Shown piece by piece: positions 37,560-48,420 of a stretch of 64,000 nt of DNA (positions within the stretch are counted from its first letter, which is position 1; each line of letters begins with the position of its first letter). Source of the stretch: Vicugna vicugna (taxonomy: Eukaryota); the NCBI GenBank assembly GCA_013265495.1, contig MU062417.1, forward strand, positions 7,683,191-7,747,190. The letters are read 5' to 3'. The position numbers were made by a program, and so were the translations under genes. The notes beneath the pieces were generated by a model, which saw nothing but the letters and a program-made list of their open reading frames with translations, did not search any database and was not told the DNA's origin.

Positions 37560-38960
37560 AAAGGCATAGTGGTAACTGAATTGGGTCTTGAAGAATAAGA
37601 AGGATTTTAAAAAAGACTTGAGAATTGAGGATGCAGCAGGAGCAAAAATATGAAGACACACAAGTTAAGGGTCCGTTTTGAAACTGATTAGAGCATAGGG
37701 CACAGAGCATTATGTAGAGAGGGCCAAGACTAGAATGATAATTTGCAATTGGATATTTTAACACCCATGATAAGAACTTGGGTTTTATTCTAGAGGCAAT
37801 GAGGAAGCTGTGCAGTTCTCGAGGAGGGAAATGAACTATCTTGATTTATATGGTTGGTTGATAAAGGATGGGAAATAGCTGTCAAATCCAAGTTTGTGTG
37901 CCTGACACACGATGAGGCCAAACAGACAAAAATGTCAGAGTTTGGAGCATATAAAGTGTTTTTTTTTGCAAGGGCCACGCAAGGTGCAGGTTGTGCTTAA
38001 AAGACTTAAGTTCCCCAATGGGTTTCAGAGAAGCATTTCTAAAGGCCAGATGAGAGAGGGGAGTTGCAAGGTGTGTGATCAGCTCATGAACAATTCTCTG
38101 ATTGGTTGATGATGAGGTAACAGGGAGGTGTCACAGGGGTTAACAATTTCAATCCAAGCTCCAGTAGATCTGGAGGTGGTGTGCTCACAGTCTTCAAGTA
38201 GTTAACTTCTTCCGTTTGGTGGGGGGTTTTGCATCTGTAAAACAACTCAGGAAATGTGAATGGGATGCTATTATCTAGGTACTTCAAGGAGGAATTAAAG
38301 ATTCTGTGACTGCCACTGGCTGATTTACTGTTTAAATTCTTACCAGTTCTTCTAGTCCAACTGCTATTTTTATCATTACATGTTCACATCCTTTCAATCA
38401 TTTAATTCTTGAGACAGGATTTTGTGACTCAGGGCAGGCCTGGGAGACTATAGGTTTCTACAAACAATAGACAGGCAGAGGGCATAGGGAGTCTGTCCTG
38501 GGAAAGCCTCACAGGGTCCTGCTCAGTTACAATACGATGGGCAAGAGAGGCAATTGTGGAGAGTTTGTGAGACTAATTAGGAAGCTATTGAAGTAGCCTA
38601 AGCTGAAACAAAAATAAACAAACAAGCAAACAGAAAACCCCCAAGAGTACAGTCCAGAGCAGAAGTGTTACAGAGAACAGAATCATCAGGGCTTGTTGAG
38701 TACCCTGTACGCAATGGATGAAGAAGAGAAAGCTGTTGAAGATCACTGGCAGATTTGCACAAGTGATTAGGATATAAAGGTGTTATTAAACAAGGCAGAG
38801 AATTCAGCAGAGACGCAGTTTACAGGAAGGGGATGATGACGAGTTCAACTTTACAACAAAAGAGTTTTAGAAACAGAAAACTTGTTTTGGAGGACGAGAG
38901 AGAGATTAGAATTTGTGATATGGAAGGGAGCATTTAAAAAGCTCACTGAGTGATTTTTTA
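37560..38960 (-). mobile_element. L2 fragment split by an LTR
   Basis: ggttttattctagaggcaatgaggaagc before the LTR and gactaattaggaagctattgaagtagcc after it. Confidence 0.7.
37880..38531 (-). mobile_element. ERV1-type solo LTR (laurasiatherian; exact family uncertain)
   Basis: TG...CA bounded; the reverse complement starts tgtaactgagcaggaccctgtgagg; contains a CCAAT box (ctgattggttg on +). Confidence 0.7.
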
Positions 38961-41119
38961 AGATATTTCCATTTTATCTATAGGAAACTTGAGGGAGAAA
39001 CAGGAACATTCACTTTCCCTATGAGTGTATAATATCTACATTAAAAAAAAAGTTAATCTCCACCAACATTTGATGAGGAAAGGCGGAGCCTGCAGCCATA
39101 ATATGCCTTCAGTCCAAGGAGGAGAAAAGAAATAATTCATATTTACCAATATTCTGAAAGTTCCTATGGAAATTTCATGGAGTTAGAGATTGTCAGCCCC
39201 CGAGGAGCCTTAATGAACATGCAGCAGCATGCAGGGTAGGAGAATGAGAGTCCTGTGGGTCCAGGTAATGCTGGTTTTACTCTGTATTCAGACTGGAATC
39301 AGGCCCAGGTATAGGATGCCACAGGCATTTCCATAGTTCAGCAGTCATGCCCTTAAATTTTTGCTGACTCTTATCATTCCTTCAGTATTTAGTTGAGGAC
39401 TGACTTTGCCAAACACACTGTTTCATGCTCTGTCTTGAAAGCCTTTTTGAAATCTTGGTGTTTTTCTTTCTACAACCTCTCAAGAAATTTATGAGTAGAA
39501 ACAGTGTGCATCCCATTTAAGAAATGTTTTTCCCCTCCAAAATTAAAAGGAGGGTATTCTTGCAGCTCTCATCATGAAGATTATCTTGTATACCACACGT
39601 ATGGCATTATCATCACGTTATTTTTAGAAACACTGGGAGTATTATTTTGGTCAGTATGCTATAATGCTATAAGTATAATTATTATAATTGTTTAAAATCT
39701 TTTCTGATAGAGTTTAAATGGACCTACATGATTTTGTAGCAGAAGTTATAGTTCTTGCAAGTTGTTTGCAGTCTGACTTGTAGATTTTAGTTTTTGAAGT
39801 TTAGGAATAGGAAATTTTTTCCATTAGTTTATAGGAGTCCCATAGATTACAGCTTTCCTGGAAGTTAGCTTCTGAAATTGGGGTCAGCCAAGAGAATATC
39901 CAAAAAATTCGTATCGTGTGACAAGTACCTTGTAAATACCATCTTTTTGACTTTTCTGAATAGCTTTTTGGCTTCTGAATAGCCACTAGCTTCAGGAAAG
40001 ATAGTACCTACCCCAGAGAGAGCATATGGGGAGAGGAAGCCAAGATGCTCACTTCAAAGCTATTTTGAGGGTGGGGGTGAGTTTCATAAACGGGCACATT
40101 CAACTTCAGCAACCGGGGAAAGATGTAAAAATTTTTTTTCAGTTACTACTATGTGTAATTTATTATGTGTATCAATGTGTTTTTGTAATCCTGTAATATA
40201 ATTGTCACTTCTTCAACATGGGAGATTAATTTCCTAAAACCTGGAAAATTTAATTTTCTCAAGACTACACATCTAGAAACTTCCAAAGTCATGGTTTAAT
40301 TTCTGGGCTGTGATGGTAGAGTTCATGAACTCTCCATTGTTTGTAACATTCCTTCCCTCACCTGCTTGCATGCACTGGACATGGGACTGAGAGAAATGGG
40401 TTAAGGAAGGTAATATGATGGATGCCTTGGCCAAGAGAACCCTATTGGAAGGATCAAGGTAGTTTCACCAATGTCTCTAAAGAGACCCCATCCCAACCCC
40501 CCTTTCTAAGGTGCTGAGACACCGTACATCTGTACGTCCACAGCAATAACCCACAGAAGTGCAACAACACTGCCCAGAGCTGGAACAGGACTCATCAGGG
40601 TGCTACGTGCTGACTGAAGGCTGGAAACGGGTTTGGGGAGGGAGAGAACGTCCTCTGAATCTCAAAGGATTGGAAACACAGATATAACTTAGACAAGACA
40701 GACTGTGGCCAGAACAGTTCTGAGTAGTCTGAATTCAATTTTGTAATTCTGAATTCCAGTCTACAAAACTTGTAACTAAGAAGGCTTTCCCTTGCTTGTA
40801 AACCCATCCATTTCTCACAGGCTTTGGGGGCACCCTTGTGTTTTCTTTGTTTGCCAGTGGTTTCTAAGCAAACTTAACTGGTCAGAGGTAAAGTAGCTTG
40901 TGGGTCTGTCAAAGGGTAAAAAACAGTCTTGTCAAACCTCAGTTGGTGTAATGAGACATCACAAACGCACGACCTCACAGTCCTTCTAGGGGCAGGTGAG
41001 TATGGCAGACTTGAAACTGGCTGCTTTGTCCAGGGTGATGACTGCATTGGGGAAACGGAAAAACCAGAGACAGCTCTACCCGTGGCCTCTGCCTCCTCAA
41101 GCCCTGTCCTTATGTACTG

Positions 41120-41520
41120 TAGTCATTCATTGTCTCAACAAGTACTCAGGGAGCACTACCTGTGCCTGAGCAGCTGTGCTGGATGGTGAGCAGATAGCAA
41201 TGAACAGCTCAGAAAATGCCCCTCATGGTGCTTGTGTGTCTGTGGCTGGGTGGGCAGGGGACAGACCATTAAAAGACACAGCCAGATGTAATGTAAGTTT
41301 AGTCTGTGATAAGAAAAATAAAGATAAGTAAGAAAGAGTCAACGAGCGATGGAAGAGAAGGAGCTGTGGGGAAAAATGCGGGTCTAGGTTAAGCGAGGTA
41401 GTTAGGGCAGATTTCCTTGAGGAGGTGGCCGCTGCTGTTTGGACAGATACTCTGGAGGGGAAAGGATGAAAAAGCAGAAAGGGAAGAGTGAGAATCCTTC
41501 TGGACCAGAGGAGGGTGACA
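41120..41520 (-). mobile_element. L2 3' fragment
   Basis: cattcattgtctcaacaagtactcagggagcactacctgtgcc...gcagatttccttgaggaggtg. Confidence 0.75.
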
Positions 41521-42204
41521 TTGTGTGAGAGAGGGAGAGAGAGCAGTGGCAGCAATTTACAAGAGAAACAGAGAAGAGCTTGGGTTCTCAGATACGTTCA
41601 GATGTGTTTTGATCTGTGTTTTTATTCTAACTTATAACAAATAAACCCAGATCAATTTAGTAGCACGTTTCCTTCATCTGAATATATCCTTTCCCCCACC
41701 CTTCCTTCACTTCCTCCCAGAAGGATGTATTGGCGGAGAAGTTAATTTAACTAGAAAAGCTGAAACTGACAATGTGGAACCTTGATTCTCTTGCAAATGC
41801 AACCCTGATTATTACAAAATCTGCCTATGACAAGTCTAATATGTCTCTCTTTACTGGTAAATTGTCATTCATCCTGAAAGGTGTGAGGACTTAATCCTTT
41901 GCATATAAGGAGCTCAGAGCCTGAGCACTGCAATTATAAACCCATTTCTTTTCCTTGAAAGGCTCCAAAAAGTGCTTAAAATGTGCCCACATACCTTCCC
42001 TCGGCGACACTGTAGACTGACGCCTGCTGACTGAGGACTCACCCACTCGTTAGGTGCACTTTCTCTCTGGTCCTCTGGATGTTGCTGAGTGTTTTGGCTG
42101 GAGCTTCACTTGCTTAGTACCTCAGTAAAGCAAAACAAAGTAGTTTCCCTGGTACCATTTCCACAAGCACTTCAGATACTTCAGGAGGTGGCACAAAATA
42201 ATGG

Positions 42205-42400
42205 CAAGAGTGGGGATGCTGGAGTCAGACCAACGTAAACAGCTCCATCACTTACTAGCTGTGGAGCTTGAGCAAGTCAGTTGACCTCCCTGAGCCTCAG
42301 CTGCCTCTTGTATGAAATAGAGTTGATAAGACCTACCTTGTCTGGTTGCTTAAGGGAAGATGTGGACTGTGGTACCTGGATGTCAGCGAAGTCATTCAGT
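42205..42400 (+). mobile_element. MIR SINE
   Basis: ggagtcagacc...cacttactagctgtgg...ctccctgagcctcag. Confidence 0.85.
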
Positions 42401-42434
42401 TGGTATTAACTCATCCTTTAAAATTCATCATTAA

Positions 42435-42700
42435 ATACTGCAGTGGTGAAAATGTGTCATCATACACTTGTCAAAACCTGTAGAATGTACAAGAGCAAGA
42501 CTGAACCCTAAGGTAAACTATGGACCTTGGGTGATAACGATGTGCATTGTTGGTTCATCAGTTGTAACAAATAAACCAGTGTGGTGCAGGGTGTCCGTAG
42601 TGAGGGAGGTTGTGTGTGCAGGAGACAGAGGTGCATGGGGACCTGTGCTCTCTGCTTAATTTCGCTGTGAGCCAAAGACTGCTTTTAAAAAACAAAGCTT
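42435..42700 (+). mobile_element. L1MB/MC-type 3' end (sense)
   Basis: gtaaactatggaccttgggtgataacgatgtg...ttcatcagttgtaacaaa...aatttcgctgtgagccaaagactgc. Confidence 0.9.
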
Positions 42701-44274
42701 ATTAATTTAAAAAACAACACAAATAAATGTTACTGGATCACCCATCCATCATATGTTGGCTAGCCCAGCATCCCTCCAGATATCTTGCAGGTTTTGGAGA
42801 ATTTTCTTGTCTTGCCTGGGCTCTTCTGGCTTTAACCTCTGGTTCTGCTGCATTGCCAACCTCAGCTCTGCCTTCTCTGCCTGCCCTGTTTCTTGTTAAA
42901 TGGCCCTGACCAGTACACATGCTGTGTGAGCAGGAGAATGTATTAAAGGTTTGGGAGTAATGAGTGGGAGAGGGGGAAAAAAAAGCACAGCCAATCAAAA
43001 GCATTAGCTCTTCCAGACTCTCTAAGTCTCTAGGTTATCCCTGCCATGGGACAGTTTGCTGGTCCCTTCACGTAAAGCTTTATCTTCTTGTCATGATTTA
43101 CTAACTCTGACACCTACCACTCTTTTCTTCCTCTCCTACCCCCCCCCATCTACCTCGAGACACTAAAAAAATCTTACTTTCCTATGCAGATCAGTTTTCT
43201 TTCCTTGGTTTTGTGAAAGAATATATGTATATTTAATGTTAAAAATCACAATTTTAATAAGTTAAACAACATAACAAATGGTTTATTTGTCTCACGATTT
43301 AATGGAAGACAAGTAACACGGAAGGCATGTTACAGCTGGTTCAAAGGAAAATTCAAAGAATCACACGTATATAATGGTGACATTGGTCAACATTCACGGC
43401 GCAGTAAGAAACTGTCTTCTGCACAGAATTTACATGTCTATAGGCAAGGATTATTTGCATTACTGTCAATATTCTGCAAATTACAGAGTTAAAAAAATAA
43501 ACCCTCAAAGACAGTAAAAGGAGGAGATAACCTGGAAGAGTATGCCAGACAGGTCTCCTCTCCCTGATTTTTTTTTTTTTCCTGTTTCAAAGTCATTCAC
43601 AGTTTTCCTTGACAGCTCACTCCTAGCTTATCTGGAGTGTGCACAAGTGGACCGTTTTCACACTATCTAAATTGTTCATCATTACACAGTGGAGCTAAAC
43701 AAAGATCTGTTCTTTCTTCCCAGAGGAATGGTGCTACCATCTTTGTTTCCCTTTTTCTACTATGTAAATAAAATACTACCTGATCCATTATACACGGTCA
43801 ATAAACACGACTTTCCCTTTGCCCTTCCTGACGTGTTCTCAGTTCAGTGTGTCTGCGATGCACTTTGCAGTCTTCCCCTGACTGAGAGTATTCTTCCCTC
43901 TCTGAGCAGCCACGTATCTGTGCTGTTGCTGCCCCATCACAAAGTTAAGAGTATTAAGTGTCATAGGAGATACACGTGTCTTAGGAAGCTTGATTTGATT
44001 ATAAAGATTGAAATCTCATTTTAGCACCAGAAGATGACCTTAAAAAAATAGGCATGAGTTGACGGCATAGAATCTGGAAAGAAGCAGACAAGATAGGACT
44101 ATAAGTCCTTTGAAATCTTTCTAATTATAGTTTCATTGAGAAGATAAAAAAATGCTTCTATTCAGGTAGTGAGGTCAATGCAGGGAGAAGTTATTTAAGT
44201 GCCTTTCATAAAATAGAAAAAGAATCTTGTTGTTTCTCAATCCATTGATCAGTGTTGTAATCAGTCTTGTAGAA

Positions 44275-44475
44275 CTGTGTTTCTCATCGTGGGTTTCATG
44301 GTCAGACTGCATTAGAATCGTCCATGGGCTTATTAAAAATAGATTTTTAAACTAGTTTTTTTTTTAGGGGGGTATCACCTACTCCATCAGAATATCTGGG
44401 GGGCAAATCTCTGGAATCTGAGTTTTTATTAATGACCTTAGATAATTCTTATGCCCATTATAGACACTAGGGTTA
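44275..44475. mobile_element. MER5A/B hAT element
   Basis: gtttctca...ctgcattagaatc...tcagaatatctgggg...ggaatctgagttttta...gataattcttatgc. Confidence 0.75.
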
Positions 44476-44559
44476 TAGAAGTATTTTTGTATTTAAGGGG
44501 AACGATGAGGAGCTCCAACGAATACAGCGAGTGAAGTCCAGTAAAAAGAGCAACGTTAC

Positions 44560-44705
44560 AACTTTCAGAAGACCTAGAATCTGACCAGTGCTTGGTCAAG
44601 AATTGGCAGGTCGCCTGGGTAAGTCTCTGAACCTCACTGGTCCTGGGTTTTTCAGAAAAAGAGTTGAACTAAATGGTCTCTAATTCTCTTCCAGTCCTAA
44701 ACTTT
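44560..44705 (+). mobile_element. MIR3-like SINE
   Basis: ctgggtaagtctctgaacctc...gttgaactaaatggtctctaattctcttccagtcctaa. Confidence 0.7.
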
Positions 44706-44911
44706 GGTTTTTTTTCTTATCCTAAGTAAGCGTGAGGATAAACTTGTTCTTCTGATAACAGTATGTTCAGAGAATGCTATTTTACAGCAGGGGCATGGGG
44801 AGGGGCTCATAAACATTAACTCAAAACTGCCTGGTAACCGATCGCTACAGAGAAAATCACCATGAAGGTTTCATTGATAGCATTTCATGAACCATTAGCC
44901 ATCCTGGTTCT

Positions 44912-44968
44912 GTTCACGTGAACGTGACGGGTGTGTGTGTGCTCGCGCGCACGCACTCGCGCGCGTGC
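44912..44968. repeat. Palindromic E-box plus (GT)n/(CG)n alternating tract
   Basis: GTTCACGTGAAC (44912-44923), then gtgtgtgtgtgctcgcgcgcacgcactcgcgcgcgtgc. Confidence 0.9.
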
Positions 44969-46737
44969 TTGTCTTCATTTGCTAGGTCTACATAGCACCC
45001 GTTTCTCTTGAAGGAATGGAAGCAGAAACCTACTTCTGCACTTCCTCCTCTGGTGGCAGGGCGGGCAGGGCACCAGAAGGCTAAGAAAGAATTAAACAAG
45101 AGTACAGGCACTCAGCATTACGGGCAAAAAAAAGCCCCACTGTTCTTTAGGAAATGGAATGAATGGCAGTGTTCATCCTCCCTTCTACTTGAGCTCAATT
45201 AATTCAGTTAGACTAATTTTTCTTCCTTTATTAACTGTCCTCTGGGCTTAATGGGACCAAATGTGAGATGGAAAGAGGAAGTACTCAGTCATCTCTAGGA
45301 CTAATTTTAGCATCAGGGACTGTTGTGTGGGGCTTGGAGCCAGGTGCGTTTCAGTCCTAATGAGATGGCACCTCCTTGATGCTTTTGACCTTGTCCAGTG
45401 TAGGTGGGCATTTGTAGAAACCATTTAGATGGCTCCCAGTGCCGTTGACAGAGCTGTCTGCACCACTCATCCTTATCCATTTTAGCAGCACAGGAGCAGG
45501 CCAAGTACCATTTTCTGTAAATAGGAAGTAACATACATTTATCCAGTCATGGAATAGAGACAAACGCAGGTTGACACCTCCTGCTAGCTCGCTCGCCCAG
45601 TGTGAAATCAGCATTAATAAATCCCAAGTGGTCCTTACTTTGCTTAGAGTCACACACTGGGTTGACAAGTTTCTTTAATAGCATCACCAAATCTGTGGCC
45701 AATACAGGACAACAGATACTGTAAAGTAAAGCTTATCGAAAGAAGTTGTGTGTCCAGGGTGGTTTCTTCCAGGGATGTGTCCGATCACCTCCCCAGAGGG
45801 ACCTTCTGGCTTGTCCTTCATCCCAAATCAGAAGGATCAGAAACACGGATGGTGCACTTCCCATCTGTAAATCCGTGCTTACGAACCTTTGTGAGCCACC
45901 CTCAGGACTATTTCTAAAGCGTTTCCCAAGAGGAAAGGTGATGGTGACCTCTGAACTTCGCTAACGCTAGACCAATCCTCCTCCTGAGTGTTCTTGAGAA
46001 GCGTATGAACTAAGATGGCTGCAGTTTCGTACAGTCTGATGTTAGTTTTGTATTTATTTTATTTTCTCACTAATGTATCCCTCTCACACCTTTTCAGTGG
46101 CAACTATCGTCTTCATAATTCAAAAACAGTAAAACAGACAAATGGAACCTTTCCCCACCGCCATTCTCTTTCTCTCACTGAGCAATTGCCTCCAAAGACA
46201 AAAGTAGATAATTGGCACAACCCACTTCAACAGAAAAGCTCTTCAAGGGCACAGACTTTGTGATAAGTTCTCTTGAGATGAACACAAGACAGGTTGAATA
46301 ATTTGATGGTTTCATGGCTTGGGCTTAGTATTAAGTCACTGATACAATAGTGATGTTAAAGACTTGCTAGCTTTGCTCAAAACATTTTTTTAATGTCTAC
46401 ATTACCTGAGGAGGAAAAAAAAGGATCTTTCCTTTCTTTTTGTTAGAAATAGAAAATCTTAGAAGGGGAATACACATGTCTAGTGACAGAGTAAGAACCG
46501 GGATCCAGAAATGCTGTACGCTATTCTTGGTTCATCGGAACATTCTAGCTTCAACAGTTCTCAAGATATCAAGAAGCCACTGCCTGTAAAATACTCATAC
46601 TGCTGGAACTAGTGTGCGTACTGCCTGTACTTGAGGGGAACAGCAATCATACTCTTTTTCTTTTGGAAGCTCTAAATTCTCCTCTCCACTTCTAAGTCTC
46701 TGAACCACCATCCTTCCATTCACTTCTCTTACCTTTT

Positions 46738-46858
46738 AAAATTAAAAAAAAATTTATTATTAATTTACTGAAGTATAGTTGACCTACAACACGACGTTTG
46801 GTCCAAGTGCACCGTGTAGTGATTCCATGTTCCTACACATTACAGAACGATCGCCACT
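46738..46858 (-). mobile_element. Short L1 3' tail
   Basis: tactgaagtatagttgacctacaac...gtgtagtgattcc; flanked by ttacctttt direct repeats. Confidence 0.75.
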
Positions 46859-47039
46859 TTTACCTTTTTATTGCTATTTCTTCCTTCGCTCCTCACAGCC
46901 TCTTCCCACCCATACACACCCAGCCGTGTTGCCAAAGCCTAAGATGTACATGGTGCGTGAAGAAATGCGTAGGAGAGCGTTGATAAAGGAAATCATTTAA
47001 TTCTAGCACCGGTGATTACATACTGCTGTCTAAAAGGCA

Positions 47040-47230
47040 CTGAGTTCAGAATCTGAAGGACAAAGTTGTATTTCCTCAGTTCTGTTGACTAGCTATGTGA
47101 CCACTGACATTTTAAATATCCTGAGTTCAGTATGCTAATCTGAAAGAGGCATAGAAGCACTGGCCCTGTGTAATACATAGAATGGTTGTAAATATCAAAT
47201 GTCAATCTCGTTGAAAATGCAGTGCATAGT
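47040..47230 (+). mobile_element. MIR SINE (degraded)
   Basis: gagttcagaatc...tctgttgactagctatgtgacc...ggttgtaaatatcaaatg. Confidence 0.65.
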
Positions 47231-47669
47231 CTATGATCAAGACTAAGATTTAGCAGATTGGGAAATCTACAAGAACCAAAACCAGGTTTTATGTTTATGC
47301 AATAAGGTACATATGTGCCTGCCTTTTACTTATTTTTAATTAAATCATTTTCTGTCATTTCACAGTTTTGAAAAACTTGAGTATTGATAGAACAGAAATG
47401 ACTAATTTTGAGTCAGTCCAGCTAACGTGCAGACAACATTGTGGTGCTGAATGGATGTGAACCTTGAATGAGTCTATAAAACCTATTGCTGAAACATTGA
47501 AAAAAAGAAAATCCAGCTACAGCCAGAACAGGAACGTGTCTCAGGTGTGAGCGTGCCAGAAAAGGGCATAGAATAGCCTGTCAGGAAGCCTAAGATGTGA
47601 CAAAAATGCAGGATTTTGTTCCTAAAAATAACTCCTTAGCATGAACACAACAAGCATCTCAAAAGCTGA

Positions 47670-48110
47670 GTCAATGAGCCGCCAGTTCCCTCTCCTGCCC
47701 CCGCCCTCCATGCTGCCCCCTCCTCCTGGGGCCCTCAGGACACGGAGGCGCTACCCTAGTGGAGAAGAGTGAAGGGGTAAACCCATAGCTTGGGGTATTC
47801 TCACAGCGACCATCCTAAGCAAGCCAAGCCTGCCGACTCTTCCTGGCCAGGAGCGCCCCCTTTGACACTTTTCTGGGTTATTAGTTCCGCCTTTGAGTGT
47901 TTACCCTCCTTCCTGCAGCAGCGACCCCGACTCCCCCTAACACATGCCCAGCACTGCGCTTTTACAGCGCCCTGGTCGTTAGCAAAGCAGACAGATCACC
48001 TTCCCCTCGTGCAGCTAGTAGGGTGGTGAGGAGGCGGACGTCACATGTGCGATGGCGTGGCTGTGGGTAGAGGATACACGCATCATTTAAGCTGTGATGA
48101 CTGTGAAAAC
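47670..48110. promoter_or_regulatory. CpG-rich promoter/enhancer-like patch (weak CpG island)
   Basis: About 20 CpG in about 430 bp of GC-rich unique sequence; GC box ccccgccc, GACGTCA, ATGGCG. Confidence 0.5.
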
Positions 48111-48420
48111 GCACAGGGCCCCTGAGGGGGTTTTGTTCTGATTAGGGGTTCAGGGAAGGCCTCTTGGAGGAAGTGGCTTTTAATCTGAGACCCAAAAGAT
48201 GGGTGGAAATGAGATGACACAGGTGTGGGGACAAGGGCATTTCAAGCACAGAGAACCAGACGTGCAGAGACACCGAGGTGAGACTGACTTGGTATATATT
48301 GAAGAAATCGAGAGAAAGCCAGGGGGGCCCAATGAAGTAAACAAGAGGAGGAGAGGGACGAGCAGAGGAGAGGCTGGGGCTGTCCGTGTTGCAGCAGGAC
48401 GGTGTTCAGCCCTCGGGTTT
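48090..48420 (-). mobile_element. L2 fragment
   Basis: cagggaaggcctcttggaggaagtggcttttaatctgagacc...ggcatttcaagcacagagaacc. Confidence 0.8.

Noticed and set aside
32512-43460. Octamer ATTTGCAT sites at 32512, 33998 and 43453
   Set aside because: A few 8-mers are expected by chance in 64 kb of AT-rich DNA; no clustering.
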